A DNA stretch of 64,000 nucleotides from Aquificaceae bacterium (GTDB lineage: Bacteria > Aquificota > Aquificia > Aquificales > Aquificaceae), in the NCBI GenBank assembly GCA_041640635.1, contig JBEPZX010000006.1, positions 1 to 64,000 on the forward strand, written 5' to 3'. Below are positions 18,880 through 31,542 of this stretch, one piece after another (the stretch's first letter is position 1; every line of letters starts with the position of its first letter). Below the pieces are notes generated by a model that saw only the letters and a program-made list of their open reading frames with translations, searched no databases and was not told where the DNA came from. The position numbers and the translations under genes are program-made.

Positions 18880-19530
18880 ATGAAAAGCGTTTTAGTTTTA
18901 CTTTCAGGCGGTATGGATAGTGCCACACTTTTGTGGCTGTGTAAAGGAGAATTTTCAAAAGTTTATGCCATATCCTTTGACTATGGGCAAAAACACAGAA
19001 TAGAGTTAGAGTATGCTAAGGAGTTGGCATCCACAGCTAAAGTTGAAAAGCACTTTTTGGCGTTCATCCCTTTTTATAAAGAGTTGGGGAGTAGCGCTCT
19101 TCTTGACAAAGATATAGAAGTCCCAAAAGGTGAGTATCCAGAGGATGAGCCACCTATAACCACTGTTCCTATGAGGAATCTTTTATTCCTTTCCATAGCT
19201 GCATCATTTGCCGATGTTTACCAAATAGACCACATAGCCATAGGTGTTCACTCTTTGGACTCACCATACCCTGACTGTAGACCAGAGTTTATAACCTCTG
19301 CAGAAGCTGCTATAAACGCTAGCTCTGTATATGTGGCTAAAACAAAGAAACGCATTCACATATACGCTCCTTTTTTAGGAATTACAAAAAGAGACATAGC
19401 GTTACTAGGCAAAAGTTTAGGTGTTCCATTTGAAAAAACTTATTCTTGCTATATTGGAACAGAGCCTCCATGCGGTCAATGTCCCACTTGCATACAAAGG
19501 CAGCAAGCATTGAAAGGAATTATTTATTAA
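18880..19530 (+). CDS. queC: 7-cyano-7-deazaguanine synthase
   Basis: SGGMDS, FDYGQKH, VPMRN, YPDCR, C-terminal C..CGQCPTC Zn site. Confidence 0.96.
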   Translation: MKSVLVLLSGGMDSATLLWLCKGEFSKVYAISFDYGQKHRIELEYAKELASTAKVEKHFLAFIPFYKELGSSALLDKDIEVPKGEYPEDEPPITTVPMRNLLFLSIAASFADVYQIDHIAIGVHSLDSPYPDCRPEFITSAEAAINASSVYVAKTKKRIHIYAPFLGITKRDIALLGKSLGVPFEKTYSCYIGTEPPCGQCPTCIQRQQALKGIIY

Positions 19531-19562
19531 ATCTTGAATAAGCTTATAATTTTTCTTTTATT

Positions 19563-20759
19563 ATGAGATCTAAGGTACCGGACAAAAAAGGATATTTTGG
19601 AGAGTTTGGTGGAAAGTTTGTACCAGAAACCTTGATGCACGCACTAGAAGAGCTTGAGCAGCAATACCAAAAAATAAAGGAAGATTCGAGCTTTTGGAGA
19701 GAACTTGATTATTACCTAAAGACTTTTGCAGGTAGACCTACACCACTCTATTACGCTAAAAACTTAACGGAATATATTGGGGGAGCCAAGATATACATAA
19801 AAAGGGAAGATTTACTTCATACCGGTGCTCACAAAATAAACAACACCCTTGGTCAAGCAATCCTTACAAAACGAATGGGGAAAAAAAGGGTTATAGCAGA
19901 AACTGGTGCAGGACAGCACGGTGTAGCTACTGCTACAGCATGTGCTCTCTTAGGACTGGATTGTGTAGTTTACATGGGAGAGGAAGATGCACAAAGGCAG
20001 AGGCTAAACGTGTTTAGAATGAAACTTTTGGGAGCAAAGGTAGAAATAGTAAAAAGTGGGAGCAAAACGTTAAAGGATGCAATAAACGAAGCTTTAAGAG
20101 ACTGGGTAACTAACGTAGAAACTACACACTACATAATAGGTTCTGTAGTGGGACCGCATCCCTTTCCAATGATGGTTAGGGATTTCCAGAGTGTAATAGG
20201 GAATGAGGTTAAGGAACAGATTATGGGGATTGAAGGAAGATTGCCCGATGCAATAGTAGCTTGTGTAGGTGGCGGTTCAAATGCGATGGGGATATTCTAT
20301 CCTTTCGTTGAGGAGGAAAATGTAAGACTTATAGGTGTAGAAGCTGGCGGACTTGGCATAAATACAGGTAAACATGCAGCTTCCATAAATGCAGGCTCTG
20401 TGGGTGTACTTCATGGAATGATATCTTTCTTTTTACAAGATGAGGAGGGGCAAATTCTTACAACCCACTCTATATCAGCAGGATTGGACTATCCAGGCGT
20501 TGGTCCGGAGCACGCTTATCTATTCAAAAGCGGGAGAGCAAATTATGTTTATGCTACGGATGAAGAAGCTTTGGAAGGATTTAAATTGCTATCTAAGTTA
20601 GAAGGTATTATTCCAGCGCTCGAACCAGCACACGCAGTACCAAGGCTCGTGGAAATTGCAAAAGAATTGGGTAAAGATGGATTAGTCGTGTTTAACCTCT
20701 CTGGGCGTGGCGATAAGGATATGTACCAGGTAATGGAGTATTTGAAAGATATGTTATAA
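19563..20759 (+). CDS. trpB: tryptophan synthase beta chain
   Basis: [38 protein letters not shown]. Confidence 0.98.
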   Translation: MRSKVPDKKGYFGEFGGKFVPETLMHALEELEQQYQKIKEDSSFWRELDYYLKTFAGRPTPLYYAKNLTEYIGGAKIYIKREDLLHTGAHKINNTLGQAILTKRMGKKRVIAETGAGQHGVATATACALLGLDCVVYMGEEDAQRQRLNVFRMKLLGAKVEIVKSGSKTLKDAINEALRDWVTNVETTHYIIGSVVGPHPFPMMVRDFQSVIGNEVKEQIMGIEGRLPDAIVACVGGGSNAMGIFYPFVEEENVRLIGVEAGGLGINTGKHAASINAGSVGVLHGMISFFLQDEEGQILTTHSISAGLDYPGVGPEHAYLFKSGRANYVYATDEEALEGFKLLSKLEGIIPALEPAHAVPRLVEIAKELGKDGLVVFNLSGRGDKDMYQVMEYLKDML

Positions 20760-20767
20760 TTTTTGCT

Positions 20768-23823
<3,056 letters not shown>

Positions 23824-23827
<4 letters not shown>

Positions 23828-24525
23828 AAAAGGCTACCTTATTTGCTTTAACCTTTTTGGTAAGTTGTGCCAGTGTAACTACTGAAGATCTGAATAAGAA
23901 AATTTCTAAAATAGAAGAAAGGCTAAATGTCATAGAGGAAAGGCAGAAGAATTTGGAAATGCAAAACTTGAAGACAGAAACTAGATTGGACAGCACTGTA
24001 GAAACATTAACAAAACTTAGATTAGACGTAGAAAAATTGAGAACTTCTGAAAAGGAAACAAAGGAAATACCTGCCCTTTCTTCTTTACCCGAACCTACAC
24101 AGATCCGTCAAACGTTGCAAGATGTAAAAGTGGATCAAAAGCCAGATTTTCAGAAAGAGTATGAGGACATTCTTAAGCTTTACGATTTGAGACAGTTAAA
24201 TCAGGCAAGGGAAGGGTTCATAAACTACATAAGAAAGTATCCAAATACACCTCTTACAGATAATGCTTACCTATGGCTAGGTGTAACTTATAGAGATTTA
24301 GGGGAACTTAACAAAGCAGAAGCTGTGTGGTTAACATTGGTTGAAAAATGCAAAAGGAGAGAGTTAATAGATTGCAATAAAGCACCATCGGCGTTGCTTC
24401 AATTAGCGAGGCTTTATGAGCAAAAGGGTGATCAATCAAAGGCGAATGAGTACTACGATTTAATACTGAAAGAGTATCCTCTCTCGGAAGAGGCTGATAC
24501 AGCTAAAAAGAAGCTAGGAAGATGA
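23824..24525 (+). CDS. CpoB/YbgF-like coiled-coil plus TPR lipoprotein
   Basis: Lipobox LVSC, coiled coil, [15 protein letters not shown] and KAPSALL...YPLSEEA TPR pattern. Confidence 0.78.
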
Positions 24526-25211
24526 GTATGAAAATACCTAAACATGTTGCTGTTATAATGGATGGAAACGGTCGATGGGCACAAAGTAGGAGTCTGCCAA
24601 GAGTGGCAGGTCATTATGAGGGAGTGAAGAGAGCCGAGGAGCTTGTTTATACATGTATGGAGTATGGAATAAGCTATTTAACCTTATACGCTTTTTCCAC
24701 AGAAAACTGGAAGAGACCAAAGGAAGAAGTGAGAGCTCTTTTTAGTCTCTTTGAGTCTTATATGAAAAGCAAAAGGGAAGAGTTTATTGAACACCAAATA
24801 AGCGTTAACTTTATTGGGAGACGTGACAGATTACCCAAAAGTCTTGTAAAAATCATGCAAGAAACAGAGACTATAACACAAAACCTAAATAAAATAAAAG
24901 TTTACATTGCCATAGACTACGGTGGTAGAGATGAAATACTTAGAGCAGTCAATAAGATCCTAAAGTCTGGAGCAAAGGAAGTAGATGAGATATCCTTTTC
25001 ATCCTTCTTAGATTTGTGCAATGTACCAGATCCAGATATACTTATACGCACAGCTGGAGAAAAAAGGCTTTCTAACTTCTTACTTTGGAACTTAGCTTAT
25101 ACCGAACTTTACTTTACGGATGTATATTGGCCTGACTTTACCAAAGAAGAGTTTTTAAGAGCTTTGGAAGATTACGCCAAAAGGAAAAGAAAGTTTGGAG
25201 CACTTACATAA
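24522..25211 (+). CDS. uppS: undecaprenyl diphosphate synthase
   Basis: HVAVIMDGNGRWA, FSTENWKRP, RTAGEKRLSNFL. Confidence 0.97.
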   Translation: MSMKIPKHVAVIMDGNGRWAQSRSLPRVAGHYEGVKRAEELVYTCMEYGISYLTLYAFSTENWKRPKEEVRALFSLFESYMKSKREEFIEHQISVNFIGRRDRLPKSLVKIMQETETITQNLNKIKVYIAIDYGGRDEILRAVNKILKSGAKEVDEISFSSFLDLCNVPDPDILIRTAGEKRLSNFLLWNLAYTELYFTDVYWPDFTKEEFLRALEDYAKRKRKFGALT

Positions 25212-25911
25212 AAGCAGGGAGTTAGTAGGTTTTTTAATAGGTACCTTTACCATTCTAATTTTTCTATCACCAAAGTTTATCTTTATTTTATTTCTTACTC
25301 TTCTTTCTTTTTTTATATCTTACGAAATTTCCAAAGCCATTGATGTTAAAGGCTTTTTCTTTTTGTCTCATTTTATAACTCTCTTAGCATCTTACGATAA
25401 GGGTTTGGGTATTGTAGCTCTTCTACTCTTTACTTTACTTCAAGGATGGAAATTCTGGAGCTTGGATGTCTTTAATAAATCTCTCTTGATCTTTCTATAC
25501 GCTGGGTTTTTGCCTTCTTTTCTCTGGGATTTGAAGGATCTTGGAAATCTATACCTTCTAGAGCTTTTATTTTTCGTTTGGGTTGTGGATGTTAGTGCTT
25601 ACTACGTAGGGAAAAACTTTGGAAAAACAAAAATAGCAAAGCGTATATCTCCACACAAAACGTGGGAAGGGTTTATAGGTAGCTTAATTTTTGGATCCTT
25701 GTATTCTGTATTTGTTTTTAAAAATCTTGCATTCGGTCCTATTCTTGTAATTTTTGCCTTTTATGGTGACTTATTTAAAAGCTTTATAAAACGACAAGTA
25801 GGAATTAAAGATTTTTCTAATTTTCTTGGTTCCCATGGAGGTTTTGTAGATAGATTTGATTCCCTTATCCTTTGTGCTCCTGTTTATTTTTACCTTTTAA
25901 CTAACTCTTAA
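25195..25911 (+). CDS. cdsA: phosphatidate cytidylyltransferase
   Basis: ISPHKTWEG, GDLFKSFIKR..GIKD, HGGFVDRFDS; follows uppS. Confidence 0.93.
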   Translation: MEHLHKSRELVGFLIGTFTILIFLSPKFIFILFLTLLSFFISYEISKAIDVKGFFFLSHFITLLASYDKGLGIVALLLFTLLQGWKFWSLDVFNKSLLIFLYAGFLPSFLWDLKDLGNLYLLELLFFVWVVDVSAYYVGKNFGKTKIAKRISPHKTWEGFIGSLIFGSLYSVFVFKNLAFGPILVIFAFYGDLFKSFIKRQVGIKDFSNFLGSHGGFVDRFDSLILCAPVYFYLLTNS

Positions 25912-26928
25912 AACCACCTTTCCAAAGTGCTTTGAAGATTCTAAGTATTCATGGGCTTGAGGAGCTTCCACTAAACTAAAAACTCTGTCCACCATGGGCT
26001 TTAAAAGTCCTCTTTCCATTAGTTCAGTTATCTTAAAAAGGTGGGCTCTGCTTCCCATGTAAACACCAAGGAGCTCTATTTCCCTTACAAATACGTATCT
26101 TATATCGATATTGGCTTGGTCTCCTGTAGTAGTTCCAAAGAAAACGATCTTTCCACCTTTTCTAAGACACTCTATACTTTTGGTAAAGGTTTTCTCTCCT
26201 ACGTGATCCATCACTATATCGACGCCATCTTTAAAAATCTCACGAACCTTTTTAGGCACGTCCTCTGTGTAGTGATTTATAACCACATCCGCTCCCAACT
26301 GCTTACACTTGTTTGCCTTCTCCTCTGAACCCGCTGTCGCTATAACAAAAGCTCCCATAAGTTTGGCAAGTTGTATAGCGGCAACTCCCACACCAGAGGA
26401 TCCAGCCCATACAAGAAGTCTTGAATAAGGCTTCATCTGTCCCTTTTCCACCAAAGCATTCCATACGGTAAGGTAGGTAAGGGGGTAACTGGCTGCCTCT
26501 TCAAAGCTCAGATTCTTAGGCTTTTTTATAACGTTCCTTGAAGGAACCTTTACAAACTCTGCGTATCCCCCCTTTGTTTTAAGCCCTAGTATATCATAAT
26601 CTTTGCACAGGTTATCCCTTCCCCTTTGACAGTCATAACATACACCACAGGAAAGTCCAGGAGCTACAACAACTTCGTCTCCTTCCTTTACGTTATTCAC
26701 CAAAGATCCTACTCTTTCCACCACACCGCTTACATCTGAACCAAGAATGTGTGGAAGCTCAGGTTTTACAGCAAGAGCTCCTAGCCTTACCCATATGTCC
26801 AAGTGATTTAGTGCTACAGCTTTTACCCTTATTAAAACTTCATTATCTTTTATTTGCGGCTCTGGAAAGTCCTCTACATACTCTAAGTTTTCCACACCAC
26901 CGAAGTTTTTTAAAATTACTGCCTTCAT
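25897..26928 (-). CDS. zinc-binding MDR-family dehydrogenase/quinone oxidoreductase
   Basis: NHLD, GSDVSG, structural Zn CGVCYDC...C, AGSSGVG, HFGKVVL. Confidence 0.9.
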   Translation of the reverse strand: MKAVILKNFGGVENLEYVEDFPEPQIKDNEVLIRVKAVALNHLDIWVRLGALAVKPELPHILGSDVSGVVERVGSLVNNVKEGDEVVVAPGLSCGVCYDCQRGRDNLCKDYDILGLKTKGGYAEFVKVPSRNVIKKPKNLSFEEAASYPLTYLTVWNALVEKGQMKPYSRLLVWAGSSGVGVAAIQLAKLMGAFVIATAGSEEKANKCKQLGADVVINHYTEDVPKKVREIFKDGVDIVMDHVGEKTFTKSIECLRKGGKIVFFGTTTGDQANIDIRYVFVREIELLGVYMGSRAHLFKITELMERGLLKPMVDRVFSLVEAPQAHEYLESSKHFGKVVLRVS

Positions 26929-26945
26929 GGTTTTATAATTCTAAC

Positions 26946-27662
26946 ATGCTAAAGGCTACCAATATTAAAAAGTTTTTTAAAAAAAGAGAAATACTAAAAG
27001 GTGTATATATAGAGATAAACAAAGGGGAAGTAGTTGGACTTTTGGGTCCAAATGGAGCGGGTAAAACTACCCTCTTTAATTGCTTAGTGGGTTTTTTACC
27101 TGTGGATGAGGGACAGATAATTTTAGATGGTGAAGATATAACCCATATGCCGGCTCATAAAAGAGCACAAAAAGGAATAACCTTCTTACCTCAAGAACAC
27201 ACCTTATTTGAAGACTTGTCTGTATTGGAAAACCTTTTGATGTTCTTGGAATTTTTTGAAGAGACAAAAGAAGCTCAAATTCAAAAAGCTCAATCTCTGC
27301 TGACGGATTTTGGTTTATGGGAAGTAAGAAACCTAAAAGCTTACCAAATATCAGGTGGACAAAAAAGACGATTAGAAATAGCAAGGGCTTTGATAACCAA
27401 TCCTAAGTACTTATTTTTAGATGAGCCTTTTACAGGCATTGATCCCATTCTTATTTCAGAAATAAAGGAAATGATAATTGGTTTAAAAAATCAAAGTATG
27501 GGCATACTTATAACGGACCATAACGTAAGGGAAACTATAAGAATAGTTGATAGAGTTTACATACTATCAGAAGGGAAAATTCTGGCGCATGGTAGCGCTC
27601 ATGAGGTTGCAAACAGAGAGGATGTAAAAAAAGCATACTTAGGAAAAAATTTTGTTCTATAA
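26946..27662 (+). CDS. lptB: LPS export ABC ATPase
   Basis: GLLGPNGAGKTT, SGGQKRRLEIAR, DEPFTGIDP, TDHNVRET; real start is ATG 26946. Confidence 0.93.
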   Translation: MLKATNIKKFFKKREILKGVYIEINKGEVVGLLGPNGAGKTTLFNCLVGFLPVDEGQIILDGEDITHMPAHKRAQKGITFLPQEHTLFEDLSVLENLLMFLEFFEETKEAQIQKAQSLLTDFGLWEVRNLKAYQISGGQKRRLEIARALITNPKYLFLDEPFTGIDPILISEIKEMIIGLKNQSMGILITDHNVRETIRIVDRVYILSEGKILAHGSAHEVANREDVKKAYLGKNFVL

Positions 27663-27686
27663 GAGAAAGAACCTATAATTATTTGT

Positions 27687-29351
27687 ATGAGAAGTGATAA
27701 AGTCAAAAAGGGAATAGAAAGGGCTCCACATAGATCATTACTTAGAGCTTGCGGTTTGTCTGATGAAGACTTTGACAAACCATTAATTGGTATAGCTAAC
27801 TCTTATATAGACATAATTCCAGGACATGTTCACCTACGAGAGTTTGTCAAACCTATCAAGGAAGAAGTAAGAAAAGCCGGCGGTGTTCCCATAGAGTTCA
27901 ATGTAATAGGTGTGGACGATGGTATAGCAATGGGACACTATGGAATGAAGTATTCTCTTCCTTCCAGGGAGTTAATAGCGGACTGTATAGAAACGGTAGT
28001 AGAGGCTCACCAACTGGACGCTCTGATATGCATACCCAACTGTGACAAGATAGTTCCCGGTATGTTGATGGCTGCAGCTCGGATAAACATACCTACCATC
28101 TTTATAAGCGGTGGTCCCATGCTCGCTGGTGAAGTGAACGGAAAAAAAGTGGATCTCATATCGGTGTTCGAGGGGATTGGAAAGGTTAAATCGGGAGAGA
28201 TGACCCAAGAGCAGTTAAAAGTCATAGAAGAGTCAGCATGTCCAACCTGTGGTAGTTGCTCGGGTATGTTTACCGCAAACTCTATGAACTGCATAACGGA
28301 AGTTTTAGGTCTTGGGTTACCTGGCAATGGTACCATTCCTGCCGTAGATCCACGAAGAGAAATCTTGGCAAGACAGGCAGCAAGGCAAATAATGGAACTT
28401 CTAAAGAGAGACATAAAGCCCAGAGATATTCTAACTATAGAAGCCTTCGATAACGCCTTTGCCGTGGATATAGCCATGGGTGGCTCCAGTAATACCATAC
28501 TTCACCTCTTGGCGATAGCAAGAGAGGCTGGAATAGAATATGACTTAAATAGGATTAACCAGATATCCAAAAACATACCTACACTTTGTAAGATATCGCC
28601 TTCTTCACACTACCACATTCAAGACTTGGACAGTGTAGGCGGTATACCTACCATAGTAAAAGAACTCATAAAAGCCAATAAGTTCCCAAATCCCGATAAG
28701 TTAACCGTGTCGTTAAAGACACTCAAAGAAATCGCCCAAGAAGCACCTGATGCAGATGGTGAGGTAGTAAGGACAATGGATAAGGCTTACTCACAAGACG
28801 GTGGCATTGCTATATTGTTTGGTAACTTGGCACCAGAGGGAGGTGTTATAAAAACGGCTGGTGTAGATCCAAAAATGATGGTATTTAGAGGAAGAGCCAT
28901 ATGCTTCGATTCTGAAGAAGACGCCATAGATGGCATACTGGGCGGAAAGGTGAAACCTGGACACGTGGTGGTGATCAGGTATGAGGGTCCAAAGGGTGGA
29001 CCTGGCATGAGAGAGATGCTTTCGCCAACATCCGCTATAATGGGTATGGGACTTGGAGATAAGGTGGCACTGATAACCGACGGAAGATTCTCTGGTGGAA
29101 CAAGGGGCGCATGCATAGGGCACGTTTCTCCAGAAGCGGCAAGCGGAGGACCTATAGGAATAGTCCAGAACGGAGACGAAATACTTATAGACATACCAAA
29201 CAGAAGGTTGGAACTACTAATTGATGATCAAGAGTTCAAAAGGAGAATGGAAAGTTTTGTCCCAAAACAAAAACCCATAAACAGCCCATGGCTCAGAAGG
29301 TATGCCAAATTTGTCACTTCTGCATCTAAGGGAGCGGTTTTAGAATCCTGA
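27687..29351 (+). CDS. ilvD: dihydroxy-acid dehydratase
   Basis: PGHVHL, NCDKIVPG, CSGMFTANSM, TDGRFSG. Confidence 0.97.
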   Translation: MRSDKVKKGIERAPHRSLLRACGLSDEDFDKPLIGIANSYIDIIPGHVHLREFVKPIKEEVRKAGGVPIEFNVIGVDDGIAMGHYGMKYSLPSRELIADCIETVVEAHQLDALICIPNCDKIVPGMLMAAARINIPTIFISGGPMLAGEVNGKKVDLISVFEGIGKVKSGEMTQEQLKVIEESACPTCGSCSGMFTANSMNCITEVLGLGLPGNGTIPAVDPRREILARQAARQIMELLKRDIKPRDILTIEAFDNAFAVDIAMGGSSNTILHLLAIAREAGIEYDLNRINQISKNIPTLCKISPSSHYHIQDLDSVGGIPTIVKELIKANKFPNPDKLTVSLKTLKEIAQEAPDADGEVVRTMDKAYSQDGGIAILFGNLAPEGGVIKTAGVDPKMMVFRGRAICFDSEEDAIDGILGGKVKPGHVVVIRYEGPKGGPGMREMLSPTSAIMGMGLGDKVALITDGRFSGGTRGACIGHVSPEAASGGPIGIVQNGDEILIDIPNRRLELLIDDQEFKRRMESFVPKQKPINSPWLRRYAKFVTSASKGAVLES

Positions 29352-29352
29352 T

Positions 29353-30120
29353 ATGCACATACTCCTTATAGGTCTTGGGAATATGGGTCAAAAATACATG
29401 AGCAAACTCGAAGAAATGGGGGAGTCTACCATTCTGTGTGACATAGATCCCTCAAAAGCCAATGGCAAAAGTCCCTTTTACTGCCACTACGGCGATGTGA
29501 AAGAACCTATAAAAAACGCTATTATAGCCATAGATCCCAAGGACCACGTAAAAACAGCCAAATTTTTTTTAGACAAAGGTATCCCCGTTCTTTTGGAAAA
29601 ACCACCAGCCACAGATCCTAGTGAGTTTGAACTCATCGAAGGCTACCCAAACCTTTACGTATCGGAAATAGAGTCCTACTCCATATGCTTAGAACACTTT
29701 CCCAGAAATGTTAAAAGCCTGGAAATATACCGATTGGGTAGAGGTAGAGGTTACATTTCCCCACTTTGGGATTTGGCATGGCATGACCTTTACCTTATGT
29801 ATAGGTTTTTTGAGAATATACAAGTGTTCAATGTAAAAAAGAATGATGTGTGGTGTATAGAAGGTGTAGCGGATGGCACAGAATTTAAACTATGTGTAGC
29901 TTGGGAGCATCCCAATCCTGAGAGAAAATGGATAATAAACAATAGCGAATGGGTACTGGATTTCGCACAAGAGTCCGTTTACAAAGATGGAAACCTAGTT
30001 GTGCACAGAAAAAGAGACAAACTTAGGTGGATGATTGAGGACTTTATACTTGGCAAATACGATAGAAAGTCCGTAAAGAGAGCAAAGAGAATTCTTCAAT
30101 TACTTTCAAACTCTCTTTAA
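29353..30120 (+). CDS. Gfo/Idh/MocA-family oxidoreductase
   Basis: IGLGNMG Rossmann motif, EKP, DLAWHD. Confidence 0.8.
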   Translation: MHILLIGLGNMGQKYMSKLEEMGESTILCDIDPSKANGKSPFYCHYGDVKEPIKNAIIAIDPKDHVKTAKFFLDKGIPVLLEKPPATDPSEFELIEGYPNLYVSEIESYSICLEHFPRNVKSLEIYRLGRGRGYISPLWDLAWHDLYLMYRFFENIQVFNVKKNDVWCIEGVADGTEFKLCVAWEHPNPERKWIINNSEWVLDFAQESVYKDGNLVVHRKRDKLRWMIEDFILGKYDRKSVKRAKRILQLLSNSL

Positions 30121-30229
30121 TTTTAATAGAGATATAAGCAACACTAATATAATCTTTAGTAATTGTTATTTTTTGCTGAAAATGAAGTGGGTATTATTTT
30201 AGAATAAAACAGCACAGAGGAGGAGAAAA

Positions 30230-31492
30230 ATGAAAAAACTAATCTTAGCAACAGCTATCTTTGGCATGGTGGGCTTTTCTTTTGCCACAAATGGCGACAA
30301 CCTCATAGGTGTTTCGCCAGCATCGAGGGGTATGGGTGGCATAGGCGTAGGTATGCCTGTAGGCGCAACGGATGCCATCTTCAGAAACCCCGCTTGGATG
30401 AGCTACTACAAAGGCTTTAATGTAAGCTTTGGTGGAATATTATTTTTGCCAGATGTTAAAGCCAAATTTGAAGCTGGGAATCCAGTGAACCAAAAAGCTT
30501 CAGCTTCCAGTGAAGCAAAGGTCTTTGTTGTGCCAGAGGTTGGTATAGTTAATCAGATAAATGATAAATTGACCTTTGGTATAGGTGCTTTCGGTGTATC
30601 TGGAATGGGTGTGGACTATAGAAATAAACATCAATTCTTCGGCAATATGCATACGACCTTCCAGTTTATGAGAATTATTCCTACAATATCCTATAAGGTA
30701 AACGATGCGTTCTCTATAGCTGGCGCTCTGCATTTGGCATACGGCTCTTTGGATATGGGAGCGATTTTAGACCCTGATGGTCCTTTTAATCCTCAACCGC
30801 CATTCAACGCAGGTGGTGGTCAATCTCAAACCTACGGCTTGGGCTTCCAATTAGGTCTGGCTTACAACATGGGCGACTTTGTATACGCAGGTCTAACTTA
30901 CCAAAGCCCAGTGAATATGAAGTATAAGAGGGTCTTTAACAGTGACAACCAAAATGGTTTTGAAGACCTTAAGCTCACTCAACCCCAAGAAGTGGCACTG
31001 GGTTTGGGTGTAAAACCCATGAACAACCTAAAACTCGGTTTTGACATAAGGTGGATAAACTGGAGTGATGCAGACGGATACAAGCACTTCCAATGGAAAG
31101 ACCAGTGGGTATTTGGAGTAGGTGGTGAGTATAAACCTACACAAAAATTAGCCTTAAGAGCTGGTTACAACTATGGAAAATCTCCCATAAAGGGTGGTTA
31201 TAAAGATAATCAGAATTGCAGAAATATACCTGACTTTAAACAATGCTTTAGCGATTTTCGAATTGCCTACTTTAACTTAGTAGGTTTTCCTGCAATTACA
31301 GAGCACCACGTAACGCTTGGACTTGGTTATGAGTTCACCAAAAACTTCTCCGTAGACCTTGCATACAAGCATGCCTTTGAAAAGAAGGTAAGAGCAAATT
31401 CAGTAGATCCTCAATTGATGAATGCACCTGTTGCTGTTGAAGCCAAAAACGCACAGGACGCTATTGCTGTAGGTATAAACTGGAAGTTCTAA
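30230..31492 (+). CDS. FadL/TodX-family outer-membrane beta-barrel
   Basis: Signal peptide, N-terminal hatch SRGMGG...NPA, LRAGYNY, C-terminal WKF. Confidence 0.88.
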   Translation: MKKLILATAIFGMVGFSFATNGDNLIGVSPASRGMGGIGVGMPVGATDAIFRNPAWMSYYKGFNVSFGGILFLPDVKAKFEAGNPVNQKASASSEAKVFVVPEVGIVNQINDKLTFGIGAFGVSGMGVDYRNKHQFFGNMHTTFQFMRIIPTISYKVNDAFSIAGALHLAYGSLDMGAILDPDGPFNPQPPFNAGGGQSQTYGLGFQLGLAYNMGDFVYAGLTYQSPVNMKYKRVFNSDNQNGFEDLKLTQPQEVALGLGVKPMNNLKLGFDIRWINWSDADGYKHFQWKDQWVFGVGGEYKPTQKLALRAGYNYGKSPIKGGYKDNQNCRNIPDFKQCFSDFRIAYFNLVGFPAITEHHVTLGLGYEFTKNFSVDLAYKHAFEKKVRANSVDPQLMNAPVAVEAKNAQDAIAVGINWKF

Positions 31493-31500
31493 ATTTTGCC

Positions 31501-31527
31501 AGCCCCCATACGTGGGCTTTATATTTT
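31501..31527. terminator. possible terminator between the fadL-like gene and tkt
   Basis: AGCCC-N8-GGGCT followed by a T-rich tract. Confidence 0.45.
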
Positions 31528-31542
31528 GCTAATTGATCTAAA

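Noticed and set aside
18691..18958. Minus-strand ORFs 18691-18873 and 18773-18958
   Set aside because: Antisense readings of tRNA-Leu.
26751..26945. N-terminal extension of lptB
   Set aside because: Overlaps the divergent dehydrogenase; the ABC domain starts at ATG 26946.
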